Of a stretch of 48,208 bases of DNA, positions 31,090 to 39,823 are shown in pieces. The stretch spans positions 1 through 48,208 of the forward strand of contig JAAZMQ010000090.1 in NCBI GenBank assembly GCA_012798745.1, written 5' to 3'. The notes under the pieces were generated by a model. It was not told where the DNA came from. It saw only the letters and a program-made list of their open reading frames with translations, and searched no databases. The position numbers and the translations under genes are program-made. This stretch comes from Bacteroidales bacterium (lineage in GTDB: Bacteria > Bacteroidota > Bacteroidia > Bacteroidales > Dysgonomonadaceae). Numbering within the stretch: the stretch's first letter is position 1; each line of letters starts with the position of its first letter.

Positions 31090-31452
31090 ATGTATGTTTT
31101 CCTTACCATTCTTATTTTAATTGCAGCTATCTTAATGATTCTTATCGTGTTGGTTCAAAAATCCAAAGGAGGGGGGTTAGCTGCCGGCTTTTCGTCATCC
31201 AATCAAATTATGGGTGTACGAAAAACTACCGATTTTTTGGAAAAAACAACATGGACTCTTGCTGCCGTGATTATTATTTTGAGCATTTTTACTGCAAAAT
31301 ATACAGCATCACATTCTCAAGGTCCTCAATCTCAGGTTGAGGTGCAACAGCCTGCTCCTCTCAGCCCGGGTGTAGCTCCCGATGTGACGCCTACCATGCC
31401 GATGCCTTCGCCAACGTTACCCAATCAGGAAGGTACCCAACAGCAAGAGTAA
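31090..31452 (+). CDS. secG: Preprotein translocase subunit SecG
   Basis: Two TM segments, VLVQKSKGGGL and FLEKTTW; Pro/Gln-rich tail. Confidence 0.95.
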   Translation: MYVFLTILILIAAILMILIVLVQKSKGGGLAAGFSSSNQIMGVRKTTDFLEKTTWTLAAVIIILSIFTAKYTASHSQGPQSQVEVQQPAPLSPGVAPDVTPTMPMPSPTLPNQEGTQQQE

Positions 31453-31496
31453 AGCCAAACGAATTCGCAACCGGAAGAAAGATAAATAAAAGCAAT

Positions 31497-31790
31497 TTAT
31501 CTTAGCACAATATCATGCACAATTGGCATTCCTGCAGCCTCATTGAGTTTCTCAATGAGGTTTTGTTTATTCATTTGTAATTCTGCTCGTAGAACCGATG
31601 AGGTAAGCTGAACATAAAGTATGTTTCGTTTTAGATAGACATTTTTTGTGTAGCTGCTTACTCCTGAGCCAAGCAATTCGCGCCAGGCTCCAACTGCACG
31701 TTGTTCGGCTATTTTAGTTTTAAGAAAAGGATTTTCTTTAAAATATTCCGACAAAATATCGCCAATGGACTTCGATTCGCGTTTGAGCAT
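31497..31790 (-). CDS. DUF721 / DciA-family protein
   Basis: W.ELLG...T....L....LYV...SSVLRAEL pattern; directly downstream of recF. Confidence 0.85.
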   Translation of the reverse strand: MLKRESKSIGDILSEYFKENPFLKTKIAEQRAVGAWRELLGSGVSSYTKNVYLKRNILYVQLTSSVLRAELQMNKQNLIEKLNEAAGMPIVHDIVLR

Positions 31791-31800
31791 AAAAAAGAAT

Positions 31801-32910
31801 TTAATCGGTTATTTGACTAATATAGCCATTTTTTACAGAATAGATATGATAATCGGTATGTGCTGTTTTCTCCAACATTTTGTCTAGCGATTTGCGATTG
31901 GTATCGGATATGAATATTTGTCCAAATTCGTTTTCCAAAACAAGTTTGATGATTTCTTCCACACGTGAACCGTCTAATCGATCAAAAATATCGTCCAACA
32001 GCAAAAGAGGCTTCGTTTTTGTTGTTTCAAGTAAAAAATGAAATTGAGCTAATTTCATGGATACAAAAAAAGTTTTGTTCTGACCCTGAGATCCTGTTTT
32101 TTTGATCGGAAAATTGTCCAGCAGCATTTCCAAATCGTCTCTATGGATGCCGACTGTAGTATATCCTAGCACAATGTCCTTCTGTCGGTTTCTTTTTAGC
32201 AGATGATGAAGATCGTTGTCTTGTAGTTGAGAGACATATTGAAGTGAAACGTTTTCATTTGATCGACTAATCAGATTATAAAAACGATTGAAAATGGGAA
32301 TAAATTGGTCGATAAAAGCTTTGCGTTTTTCAAAAATAAACATTCCTTCATCGGTTAACTGTTCTTCCCATATTTCGAGTAAATTTACGTCGATGTGTTC
32401 TTTTTCGTTTTTCAGTAAAACATTGCGTTGTTGCAAGGCCCTGTTGTAACGAATCAACGCATGCATGTAATTTTTGTCGAATTGGGAAATCACCATATCC
32501 ATGAATTTTCGTCGTTCGTTGCTGCCCCCAACAATCAGCTCATCATCATTCGGTGAAATCATTACGAGGGGAATAAATCCAATATGATCCGACAATCGTT
32601 CGTACTCTTTTTTGTTGCGTTTGAATTGTTTTTTTTGACGTCTCCGTATGGCACAATAAATTTCTTCAATCGAGCGATCGGGAAACTCATATTTCCCCTG
32701 AAGCATGCAGAAATCGGAATGATGACGAATAATTTGAGAATCGACAGGATTTGTATGACTTTTACAAAAAGATAAATAGTAGATAGCATCCAGTAGATTG
32801 GTCTTTCCCATGCCGTTGTCACCAATGAAACAGTTGAGTTTGGGAGATAACTCGAGTTCTACCTGTACCAGATTTTTGTAATTTATAAGGGACAATTGTT
32901 GTAAAATCAT
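31801..32910 (-). CDS. recF: DNA replication and repair protein RecF
   Basis: NYKN, GDNGMGKTN, ERRKFMD, G.HRDD, GSQGQ.K and LLLDDIFD.LD. Confidence 0.97.
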   Translation of the reverse strand: MILQQLSLINYKNLVQVELELSPKLNCFIGDNGMGKTNLLDAIYYLSFCKSHTNPVDSQIIRHHSDFCMLQGKYEFPDRSIEEIYCAIRRRQKKQFKRNKKEYERLSDHIGFIPLVMISPNDDELIVGGSNERRKFMDMVISQFDKNYMHALIRYNRALQQRNVLLKNEKEHIDVNLLEIWEEQLTDEGMFIFEKRKAFIDQFIPIFNRFYNLISRSNENVSLQYVSQLQDNDLHHLLKRNRQKDIVLGYTTVGIHRDDLEMLLDNFPIKKTGSQGQNKTFFVSMKLAQFHFLLETTKTKPLLLLDDIFDRLDGSRVEEIIKLVLENEFGQIFISDTNRKSLDKMLEKTAHTDYHIYSVKNGYISQITD

Positions 32911-32925
32911 TAAAAATACCCTTTT

Positions 32926-33687
32926 TTATTCTTCAATCAACAACTGTTGTAATTCTTCCGGTGTAACGTTCATTTTCAGTCGCCCTTTCCATGCGTACGA
33001 AATTTTTCCTCTCTCTTCTGAAACAATGATTGCTTTAGCATCGGTTTCTTGTGAAATTCCGAGTCCTGCCCGATGTCTTAACCCAAGATATTTGGGAATA
33101 TTGGGGTTTTGCGACAAGGGTAAAATACAGCCGGCTGCTCTTATTTTGTTCCCGACAATAATCATAGCCCCATCGTGTAGAGGACTGTTTTTGAAAAAGA
33201 TACTTTCAATTAGTCGTGAGGAAATATCGGCATTGATAATTTCTCCCGTTTGTTCATATAACCCCAACTGAATATCGCCTTGAATAACGATTAGGGCGCC
33301 GGTATATGATTTTGCCATATTCATGCACGCTAAGACCACAGCCGTTAGATGTGAATTGTCTTTCTTTTGTTTATTATTTGGGAAGAAAAGCTTGGATATG
33401 AATTTCCATCCTTTTTTTGATCCTAACGACATAAGAAATCGTCGAATTTCATCTTGAAACAGAATGACTAGCAGAAAGAGTCCCACACTCACCAATTGAT
33501 CGAGGATAGTTCCCAACAAAACCATATTAAACACTTGCGAGACAAGTACCCAGATGATTAGAAATACCAATATCCCCATAAATAAAGGACGCACACCGGA
33601 TATCTTTACTACATTATAGAGATAATAGAGCAAAAGAGCTACAAGAAGAATGTCGATAAAATCTTTTATGCCGAAGTGTTCAAACAT
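32926..33687 (-). CDS. cdaA: Diadenylate cyclase CdaA/DacA
   Basis: Three TM segments, FQDEIRR, PLHDGA, GLRHRA and VSEE.G. Confidence 0.95.
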   Translation of the reverse strand: MFEHFGIKDFIDILLVALLLYYLYNVVKISGVRPLFMGILVFLIIWVLVSQVFNMVLLGTILDQLVSVGLFLLVILFQDEIRRFLMSLGSKKGWKFISKLFFPNNKQKKDNSHLTAVVLACMNMAKSYTGALIVIQGDIQLGLYEQTGEIINADISSRLIESIFFKNSPLHDGAMIIVGNKIRAAGCILPLSQNPNIPKYLGLRHRAGLGISQETDAKAIIVSEERGKISYAWKGRLKMNVTPEELQQLLIEE

Positions 33688-34558
33688 GATTAATTAACTT
33701 TGTTTTGTTAGGATGGGGAGATTCGAATTTTTTGAGTTCCGATATAATCTTTATACATTCTACTGCTTCCCTTACATCGTGTACACGTAGAATGTCGGCA
33801 CCATAAATTAATGCGTAGGTATTTAAAATGGTACTTCCGTTCAGGCATTGTGATGGATCGGTATCGAGTAGTTTGTAAAGCATGGATTTCCGTGAAATTC
33901 CTACTAAAAGGGGTAAGTCAAAAATATCGAAGTACCTAAGATAAGCCATCAGTTGATAGTTTTGTGATAACGTTTTGCTGAAACCAAAACCGGGATCAAT
34001 AATAATGTCATTTACTCCTAATAGATTGAGCCGGCTTGTTTTTTCAGAAAAGTAGTAGAGAATATCTTGAATAAAGTTATCGTAATTTGTCAATTGCTGC
34101 ATGGTTTGAGGAGTACCACGCATATGCATAAGAATATAGGGAACGTTTAATTGGGCTACTGTTGGAAACATCTCTTCATCGATTTGGCCACCCGAAATGT
34201 CGTTTATCATATCTACTCCATATTCTTCAACAGCACATTTGGCTACTTCTGCGTAAAAGGTATCCACTGATAAAATGGCATCGGGGAATTCTTTTCTGAT
34301 AATTTTAAGTGCAGGTTCCAATCGGTTAAGTTCCTCCTTTGGCGAAAGTAAAACAGACGATGGCGAGGTGGATTGCCCTCCTATATCGATAATAGTTCCA
34401 CCTTCTTCCAAAATTTGGTTTGCTCTTTCGAGAATTTCTTTTTCCGAGTTTTTACGGCTTCCTGCAAAAAAGGAATCAGGTGTAATATTAATGATTCCCA
34501 TTACGCATGGCGTTGAAAGCTCCATCAATGTTCCTTTTATGTCGAGAAATTTTTTCAT
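33680..34558 (-). CDS. folP: Dihydropteroate synthase
   Basis: MGIINITPDSF, DIGGQST, INDISG, DPGFGF, SRKS and RVHDV. Confidence 0.97.
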   Translation of the reverse strand: MKKFLDIKGTLMELSTPCVMGIINITPDSFFAGSRKNSEKEILERANQILEEGGTIIDIGGQSTSPSSVLLSPKEELNRLEPALKIIRKEFPDAILSVDTFYAEVAKCAVEEYGVDMINDISGGQIDEEMFPTVAQLNVPYILMHMRGTPQTMQQLTNYDNFIQDILYYFSEKTSRLNLLGVNDIIIDPGFGFSKTLSQNYQLMAYLRYFDIFDLPLLVGISRKSMLYKLLDTDPSQCLNGSTILNTYALIYGADILRVHDVREAVECIKIISELKKFESPHPNKTKLINHV

Positions 34559-34561
34559 GTG

Positions 34562-36142
34562 TTATAACGTAGAATTGGGTAATTGATAGGGATAATCGAT
34601 AGTATAGTGTAGTCCGCGACTCTCTTTTCGTGCCATTGCCTGTTTGATTACGAGATACCCTACTTTTATGATATTGCGGAGTTCGCAAATTTCACGGGAA
34701 ACAACCGAACGTTGAAATAGACTTTCAGTTTCGCGAAATAAAATATTCAATCTTGCCAATGCACGTTGTAAACGAAGATCGGACCGGACGATTCCCACAT
34801 ACGACGACATAATTTCGTTCACTTCTTTGTAGCTTTGGGTTATTAATACCATTTCTTCGGGTAGTGTAGTACCTTCGGCATTCCATGGGGGGATATTTTC
34901 CTGAAAGGAGTAATCCTTTAATCGGGGAATGGAATGTTTGGCGGCAGCGTCGGCAAAAACAACAGCTTCGATGAGTGAATTAGAAGCCAATCGATTTGCC
35001 CCATGCAAACCGGTGCAAGCACATTCGCCATTTGCATACAATCGCTTAATGCTGGTTTCTCCATGGATGTTTACCCGTATTCCGCCACACAAATAGTGGG
35101 CTGCAGGTGCTACGGGGATGTAATCTTTGGTGATGTCGATACCATACGACTCGCATTTTTCGTAAATGGTGGGGAAATGTTTTTTGGTTTCTTCCGGATC
35201 TTTATGCGTTACATCCAAATAAACATAATCGTTGCCACGATTTTTCATTTCGGTATCGATGGCTCTTGCAACAATATCTCGCGGTGCCAGTGATTCGCGT
35301 TTGTCGTATTTATGCATGAATTCTTTTCCGTCTTTTGTCCTCAGGATCCCCCCGTATCCTCGCACAGCCTCGCTAATCAGGAATGAAGGTCGGTCGCCGG
35401 GATGGTATAGGGCAGTGGGATGAAATTGAACGAATTCCATTCCTTTAATTTCACCTTTTGCGCGAGATACCATTGCGATACCATCTCCGGTTGCAACCAA
35501 TGGGTTAGTGGTCGTTTGATAAATACACCCGATTCCTCCTGTGGCCATCATGGTTATTCGAGATAGAAACGTATCAATTTGGTTTGTTTCCTGATCCAAG
35601 ATGTAAGCGCCATAGCATTCGATCCCTTGGGTGTCGGAAGTAATTATCTTTCCTAGATGATGTTGTGTGAGAATTTCAATGGCAAAGTGGTTGTCGAATA
35701 CATCGATATTGGGATGGTTTTTAATTGCGTCGATTAACCGAAGTTGTATTTCGGCGCCGGTATTGTCTTTATGGTGGAGAATACGAAATTCGGAATGCCC
35801 TCCTTCTTTGTGGAGATCGAAATTTCCTTGTTCGTCTTTATCGAAATCTACACCCCAGCTGATCAGTTCCTTGATTTGCGCAGGTGCTTCGCGTACCACT
35901 TTTTCTACCACAGCCCCATCGCACAATCCTGCACCCGCATCTAAAGTGTCCGCAATGTGTTTTTCAAAATTATCCCAAGGGTTGGTTACGGAAGCTATTC
36001 CTCCTTGAGCATAGTATGTATTGGCATCTTCCAACGAATTTTTTGCAATGATGGCCACCTTACCATAATTGGCAACTTTTAGTGCGAAGCTCATTCCCGC
36101 TATGCCCGCACCTATTACTAAGAAATCATATTTATAGGTCAT
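34562..36142 (-). CDS. nadB: L-aspartate oxidase
   Basis: GAGIAG, AQGGIA, EGGHS, QFHPT, HYLCGG, GLHGANRLASNSL and ESRGLH. Start moved to ATG 36142. Confidence 0.97.
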   Translation of the reverse strand: MTYKYDFLVIGAGIAGMSFALKVANYGKVAIIAKNSLEDANTYYAQGGIASVTNPWDNFEKHIADTLDAGAGLCDGAVVEKVVREAPAQIKELISWGVDFDKDEQGNFDLHKEGGHSEFRILHHKDNTGAEIQLRLIDAIKNHPNIDVFDNHFAIEILTQHHLGKIITSDTQGIECYGAYILDQETNQIDTFLSRITMMATGGIGCIYQTTTNPLVATGDGIAMVSRAKGEIKGMEFVQFHPTALYHPGDRPSFLISEAVRGYGGILRTKDGKEFMHKYDKRESLAPRDIVARAIDTEMKNRGNDYVYLDVTHKDPEETKKHFPTIYEKCESYGIDITKDYIPVAPAAHYLCGGIRVNIHGETSIKRLYANGECACTGLHGANRLASNSLIEAVVFADAAAKHSIPRLKDYSFQENIPPWNAEGTTLPEEMVLITQSYKEVNEIMSSYVGIVRSDLRLQRALARLNILFRETESLFQRSVVSREICELRNIIKVGYLVIKQAMARKESRGLHYTIDYPYQLPNSTL

Positions 36143-36438
36143 ATAAATGTTTTTATTCCTTCTATCGTACAAATTTATAAAATTAAACTTTAATCGTAGG
36201 CATTTTAAATTTAAAATAGTCCATTCAACATAAAAATCTTTTTTAATTTATTGCTTTTATTGATGCTGATATCCAATGAATTATGATTAATTTCAGAAAA
36301 GGAGATTGGTTTACCAAATAAATCGAATATTTTTTTGTTAAATATCAAAATTCTATTGCAATATTCGTGATAAAATGTTTTCTTTGTTATAGTATATTAT
36401 TCATTACGGTATTCATTTTTAATTTGTTATATACCTTT

Positions 36439-37710
36439 ATGAAAACATTTTCCTTAACCTTGTTATTGTTGTTATGTACAACGGTTGCAACCCTCAACGC
36501 AGCCGAATTGCAGCAAAAAAATGATTCTGCCTATTACTTGTTACGGGGAAGAGTGTTAGGAGAAGATACGCGTGAACCATTGGTTTATGCAAGTGTTTCT
36601 GTAAGAAATTCAAATGTTTCGACCGTTACCAATCAAGATGGGTATTTTTCGATCAAGGTTCCGGTATCGGCAAAGAATTCGCAACTCATTATCCGACATC
36701 TAGGATATCGAAATAAAGTTATTCCCGTTATAACGCTGATCGATAGACCAAATAATTACATTATGATGCAGCCCTATTCTATTTTATTGGAAGAGGTTGA
36801 AGTTGTTTCGGGTGATGGTGGACCATTGGTGCGTGAAGCATTGCTTCGCATTCCGGATAATTATCCTAATGTTCCAAATATGATGATTGCTTTTTATCGA
36901 GAGTCGATCAAAAAAAGGAATACATACATATCCCTTGTTGAAGCAGTAGTAGATATTTATAAAGCATCGTATCGTTCTTTTGAAAGCGATCAGGCCCGTA
37001 TTTACATTGGCCGTAAGGCAACCGATATTAATCCGCGTGATACAATTTTACTGAAGTTTCAGGGAGGAATTACAAGTGCTTTGATGCTTGACGTTGCAAA
37101 AAATCCGGAGGTAGTCTTTGGTAAAGAAGGTGAAGAATATGTTTTCAATATCGAAAATATGATTTACATTAATGAAAAACCTAATTATGTAATTTCTTTT
37201 TCACCACTTCCCGGCATTGATGAGATTCTTTTTAGAGGAAAAATTTATTTGGATGCACACAGTTTGGCTTTTACGCGAATGGAATTTAATATGAACGTCG
37301 AAGGACGAAAAGATGCGTCAAATATCTTTATAAAAAAGAAACCTGCAAAAATGAAAGTGGATATGGACCACGCTAAATATATTGTGGATTATGTTGAGAG
37401 AGACAACAAATGGTATTTCAATTACAGCAGAATAGATGTTGCTTTTAAAGTGAATTGGTCGAATCGTTTTTTCGGTCTTTTTGCTCCTCGGTATACCCTT
37501 AACTCTGAAATTGCTATTACTGATCGATACACGGATGATGTGGTGAAATTCCCGAGAAGTGAGCGTATTCGTTCAACGGATATTATTGCCGAAAAAGTGG
37601 AAGATTTTCAAGATTCTGATTTCTGGGGCGAATATAACGTTATTGAACCCGATGAGGAAATATCAGCCGCAATTAAAAAACTCAGTGATAAGCTCCGTCG
37701 TCGACAATAA
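36439..37710 (+). CDS. Exported protein with N-terminal carboxypeptidase-regulatory-like (CarbopepD_reg_2) domain
   Basis: Signal peptide from ATG 36439; G.V....T.EPL.YASV......TVTN.DG.F, HLGY and L.EV.V; FYRE and DFWGEYN.IEP motifs common in Bacteroidetes proteins of this class. Confidence 0.8.
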   Translation: MKTFSLTLLLLLCTTVATLNAAELQQKNDSAYYLLRGRVLGEDTREPLVYASVSVRNSNVSTVTNQDGYFSIKVPVSAKNSQLIIRHLGYRNKVIPVITLIDRPNNYIMMQPYSILLEEVEVVSGDGGPLVREALLRIPDNYPNVPNMMIAFYRESIKKRNTYISLVEAVVDIYKASYRSFESDQARIYIGRKATDINPRDTILLKFQGGITSALMLDVAKNPEVVFGKEGEEYVFNIENMIYINEKPNYVISFSPLPGIDEILFRGKIYLDAHSLAFTRMEFNMNVEGRKDASNIFIKKKPAKMKVDMDHAKYIVDYVERDNKWYFNYSRIDVAFKVNWSNRFFGLFAPRYTLNSEIAITDRYTDDVVKFPRSERIRSTDIIAEKVEDFQDSDFWGEYNVIEPDEEISAAIKKLSDKLRRRQ

Positions 37711-37786
37711 TAATCTAAAAATGCTTGTTGGTTAAAAAAATAACCGTTACCTTTGCTGCCCAAAGTTATTTAATTATAAAAAGTAT

Positions 37787-38056
37787 ATGTATTTAGATGC
37801 AGAGAAAAAGAAGGAAATCTTTGCACGATACGGGAAGTCTAACACTGATACTGGCTCTCCGGAAGCACAGATAGCATTGTTTTCATACCGTATTGCGCAT
37901 TTGACTGAACATTTAAAGTCAAATAAAAAAGATTATAACACAGAAAGAGCCTTGAAAATTTTAGTAGGTAAACGTCGTCGTTTACTCAATTACCTAATTG
38001 AGAAAGATATCGAAAGATATAGAGCAATTATTAAAGAATTAGGTATAAGAAAATAA
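37787..38056 (+). CDS. rpsO: 30S ribosomal protein S15
   Basis: [27 protein letters not shown] and LGIRK. A -7 element TACCTTTG lies at 37748-37755. Confidence 0.99.
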   Translation: MYLDAEKKKEIFARYGKSNTDTGSPEAQIALFSYRIAHLTEHLKSNKKDYNTERALKILVGKRRRLLNYLIEKDIERYRAIIKELGIRK

Positions 38057-38070
38057 ATTTTCAAGAAAAA

Positions 38071-38116
38071 AATCGAAAAAGAGTAAATGAATTTTATTTA
38101 CTCTTTTTTTTCGATT
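38071..38116 (+). terminator. rpsO terminator
   Basis: AAAAAGAGTAAAT / ATTTACTCTTTTT stem with a T run, flanked by AATCG / CGATT. Confidence 0.75.
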
Positions 38117-38227
38117 AATGGAGACATTTCAATTCAAGAGATTGATTTTTAAATCAATAATAAATACACTTAAGTATAAGTAATCAAAAACATATTGTAA
38201 AAGTATGTTTTATAATATGTTTTTTTA

Positions 38228-38259
38228 TTTGTTTTTCTTATAAGACCCCTATATATTTG
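38228..38259 (+). promoter_or_regulatory. Complete Bacteroidetes promoter (-33 TTTG, N20, -7 TATATTTG) with no downstream ORF
   Basis: TTTG at 38228-38231 and TATATTTG at 38252-38259, separated by 20 nt. Confidence 0.7.
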
Positions 38260-38263
38260 TAAA

Positions 38264-38351
38264 CGATAACCTAAAACAATCTTTTTACCTTAATACTAGT
38301 CCATATAAACCGTAACAAAAGAGACCATCTTGAGCAAGGTGGTCTCTTTTT
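38264..38351 (+). ncRNA. Candidate ~90-nt small RNA (5' end approximate)
   Basis: Lies between its own promoter and a strong terminator and contains no ATG. Flanking rpsO has its own terminator, and rarA has its own promoter (TACATTTG, 38519-38526). Confidence 0.55.
38317..38351 (+). terminator. Intrinsic terminator (potentially bidirectional)
   Basis: AAAAGAGACCATCTT-GAGC-AAGGTGGTCTCTTTTT with one U-G pair. Confidence 0.85.
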
Positions 38352-38550
38352 AGTAGTTAGGAGAGTTAAATAATATAATAGGAGTGCCCGTGTTAAACTT
38401 AAAAAAGAATGTTTACCGGATCAAAAATATTTCGAAGAAGTTTTCTAATTGTCGAAACGATAGAGAATTTATGAAGATGGTTTTTTATTCATCTGTGTGT
38501 AAATTAAGAATTAACACGTACATTTGTAAAAAACAATTGGAGATGTTTAT

Positions 38551-39819
38551 ATGAATCCACCGTTGGCAGAGCGGATGCGTCCTCAGAATCTGGATGAATT
38601 TATCGGACAAGAGCATTTGGTTGGTAAAGGTGCTGTTTTGCGGAAAATGATTGATTCGGGAAGGGTACCATCACTTATTTTTTGGGGGCCTCCCGGAGTA
38701 GGGAAAACCACTTTGGCATATATTATTGCCAATACGCTTCATGCTCCCTTTTACAAGTTAAGCGCTATTAATTCAGGGGTAAAGGATGTGAGGGACGTGA
38801 TTGAAAAAGCAAAAAGCGAGCGTTTTTTTGATGCGGCGAGTCCTATTTTGTTTATCGATGAAATTCATCGGTTTAGTAAATCGCAACAAGATTCGCTGTT
38901 GAATGCAGTTGAAACCGGAGTAATTACTCTCATTGGTGCAACAACTGAAAATCCTTCATTCGAAGTAATTCGCCCTTTATTATCTCGCTGTCAAGTATAT
39001 GTGTTGAAACCTCTTGAGCGAAAAGATTTGGAAATTTTGCTTCATCGCGCTTTAACGCAAGATATTTTTCTAAAAGAAAAAGAGATAGAAGTGAAAGAAA
39101 CAAATGCTTTATTTCGTTTTTCCGGTGGCGATGCTCGTAAACTGTTAAATATTATAGAGCTGGTTGTTATGGCTGAAAATAGCAATAAAATTGTGATTAC
39201 CGATGACAGTGTAACCAATCGCATACAGGAAAATCCGGCAGCATATGACAAAGAGGGCGAGATGCACTATGATATTATTTCGGCTTTCATTAAATCTATC
39301 CGTGGTAGCGATCCCGATGCAGCTATTTATTGGTTGGCACGTATGGTGGCAGGGGGCGAAGATCCGGCTTTTATCGCGCGTCGCTTGGTTATTTCGGCTG
39401 CAGAAGATATTGGTTTAGCCAATCCGAATGCATTATTATTAGCTAACGCATGTTTCGACACCTTACAAAAAATTGGGTGGCCCGAAGGGCGTATTGTATT
39501 GGCTGAGACTGCTATTTATTTGGCTACTTCTCCTAAAAGCAATTCGGCATATCTTGCAATTGATAAAGCTCTTAACGAAGTTGAACATAGTGGAAATCTT
39601 CCCGTTCCTCTTCATTTGCGCAATGCGCCAACAGCATTGATGAAAGAACTTGATTATGGCAAAGATTACAAATATGCTCACGATTTTGAAGGTAACTTTA
39701 TTGAGCAAGATTATTTACCTCCGGAAATTAAAAATCATCGCTTTTGGGAACCTCAGGACAATCCTTCAGAAGCAAAATTGAAGGATCGAATGAAAAAATT
39801 GTGGGGAAATAAAAAGTGA
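38551..39819 (+). CDS. rarA: Replication-associated recombination protein A (RarA/MgsA)
   Basis: PLAERMRP, WGPPGVGKTT, FIDEIHRF, GATTENPSF, SAFIKSIRGSD and VPLHLRNAPT. Confidence 0.97.
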   Translation: MNPPLAERMRPQNLDEFIGQEHLVGKGAVLRKMIDSGRVPSLIFWGPPGVGKTTLAYIIANTLHAPFYKLSAINSGVKDVRDVIEKAKSERFFDAASPILFIDEIHRFSKSQQDSLLNAVETGVITLIGATTENPSFEVIRPLLSRCQVYVLKPLERKDLEILLHRALTQDIFLKEKEIEVKETNALFRFSGGDARKLLNIIELVVMAENSNKIVITDDSVTNRIQENPAAYDKEGEMHYDIISAFIKSIRGSDPDAAIYWLARMVAGGEDPAFIARRLVISAAEDIGLANPNALLLANACFDTLQKIGWPEGRIVLAETAIYLATSPKSNSAYLAIDKALNEVEHSGNLPVPLHLRNAPTALMKELDYGKDYKYAHDFEGNFIEQDYLPPEIKNHRFWEPQDNPSEAKLKDRMKKLWGNKK

Positions 39820-39823
39820 TTTT

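Noticed and set aside
36143-36438. AT-rich nadB upstream region with palindromes such as TTTTAAATTTAAAA
   Set aside because: Low-complexity palindromes; no NAD-regulator site that I can support.
37748-37786. Possible S15 autoregulatory leader
   Set aside because: The -7 element leaves only ~25 nt of A-rich leader with no visible structure.
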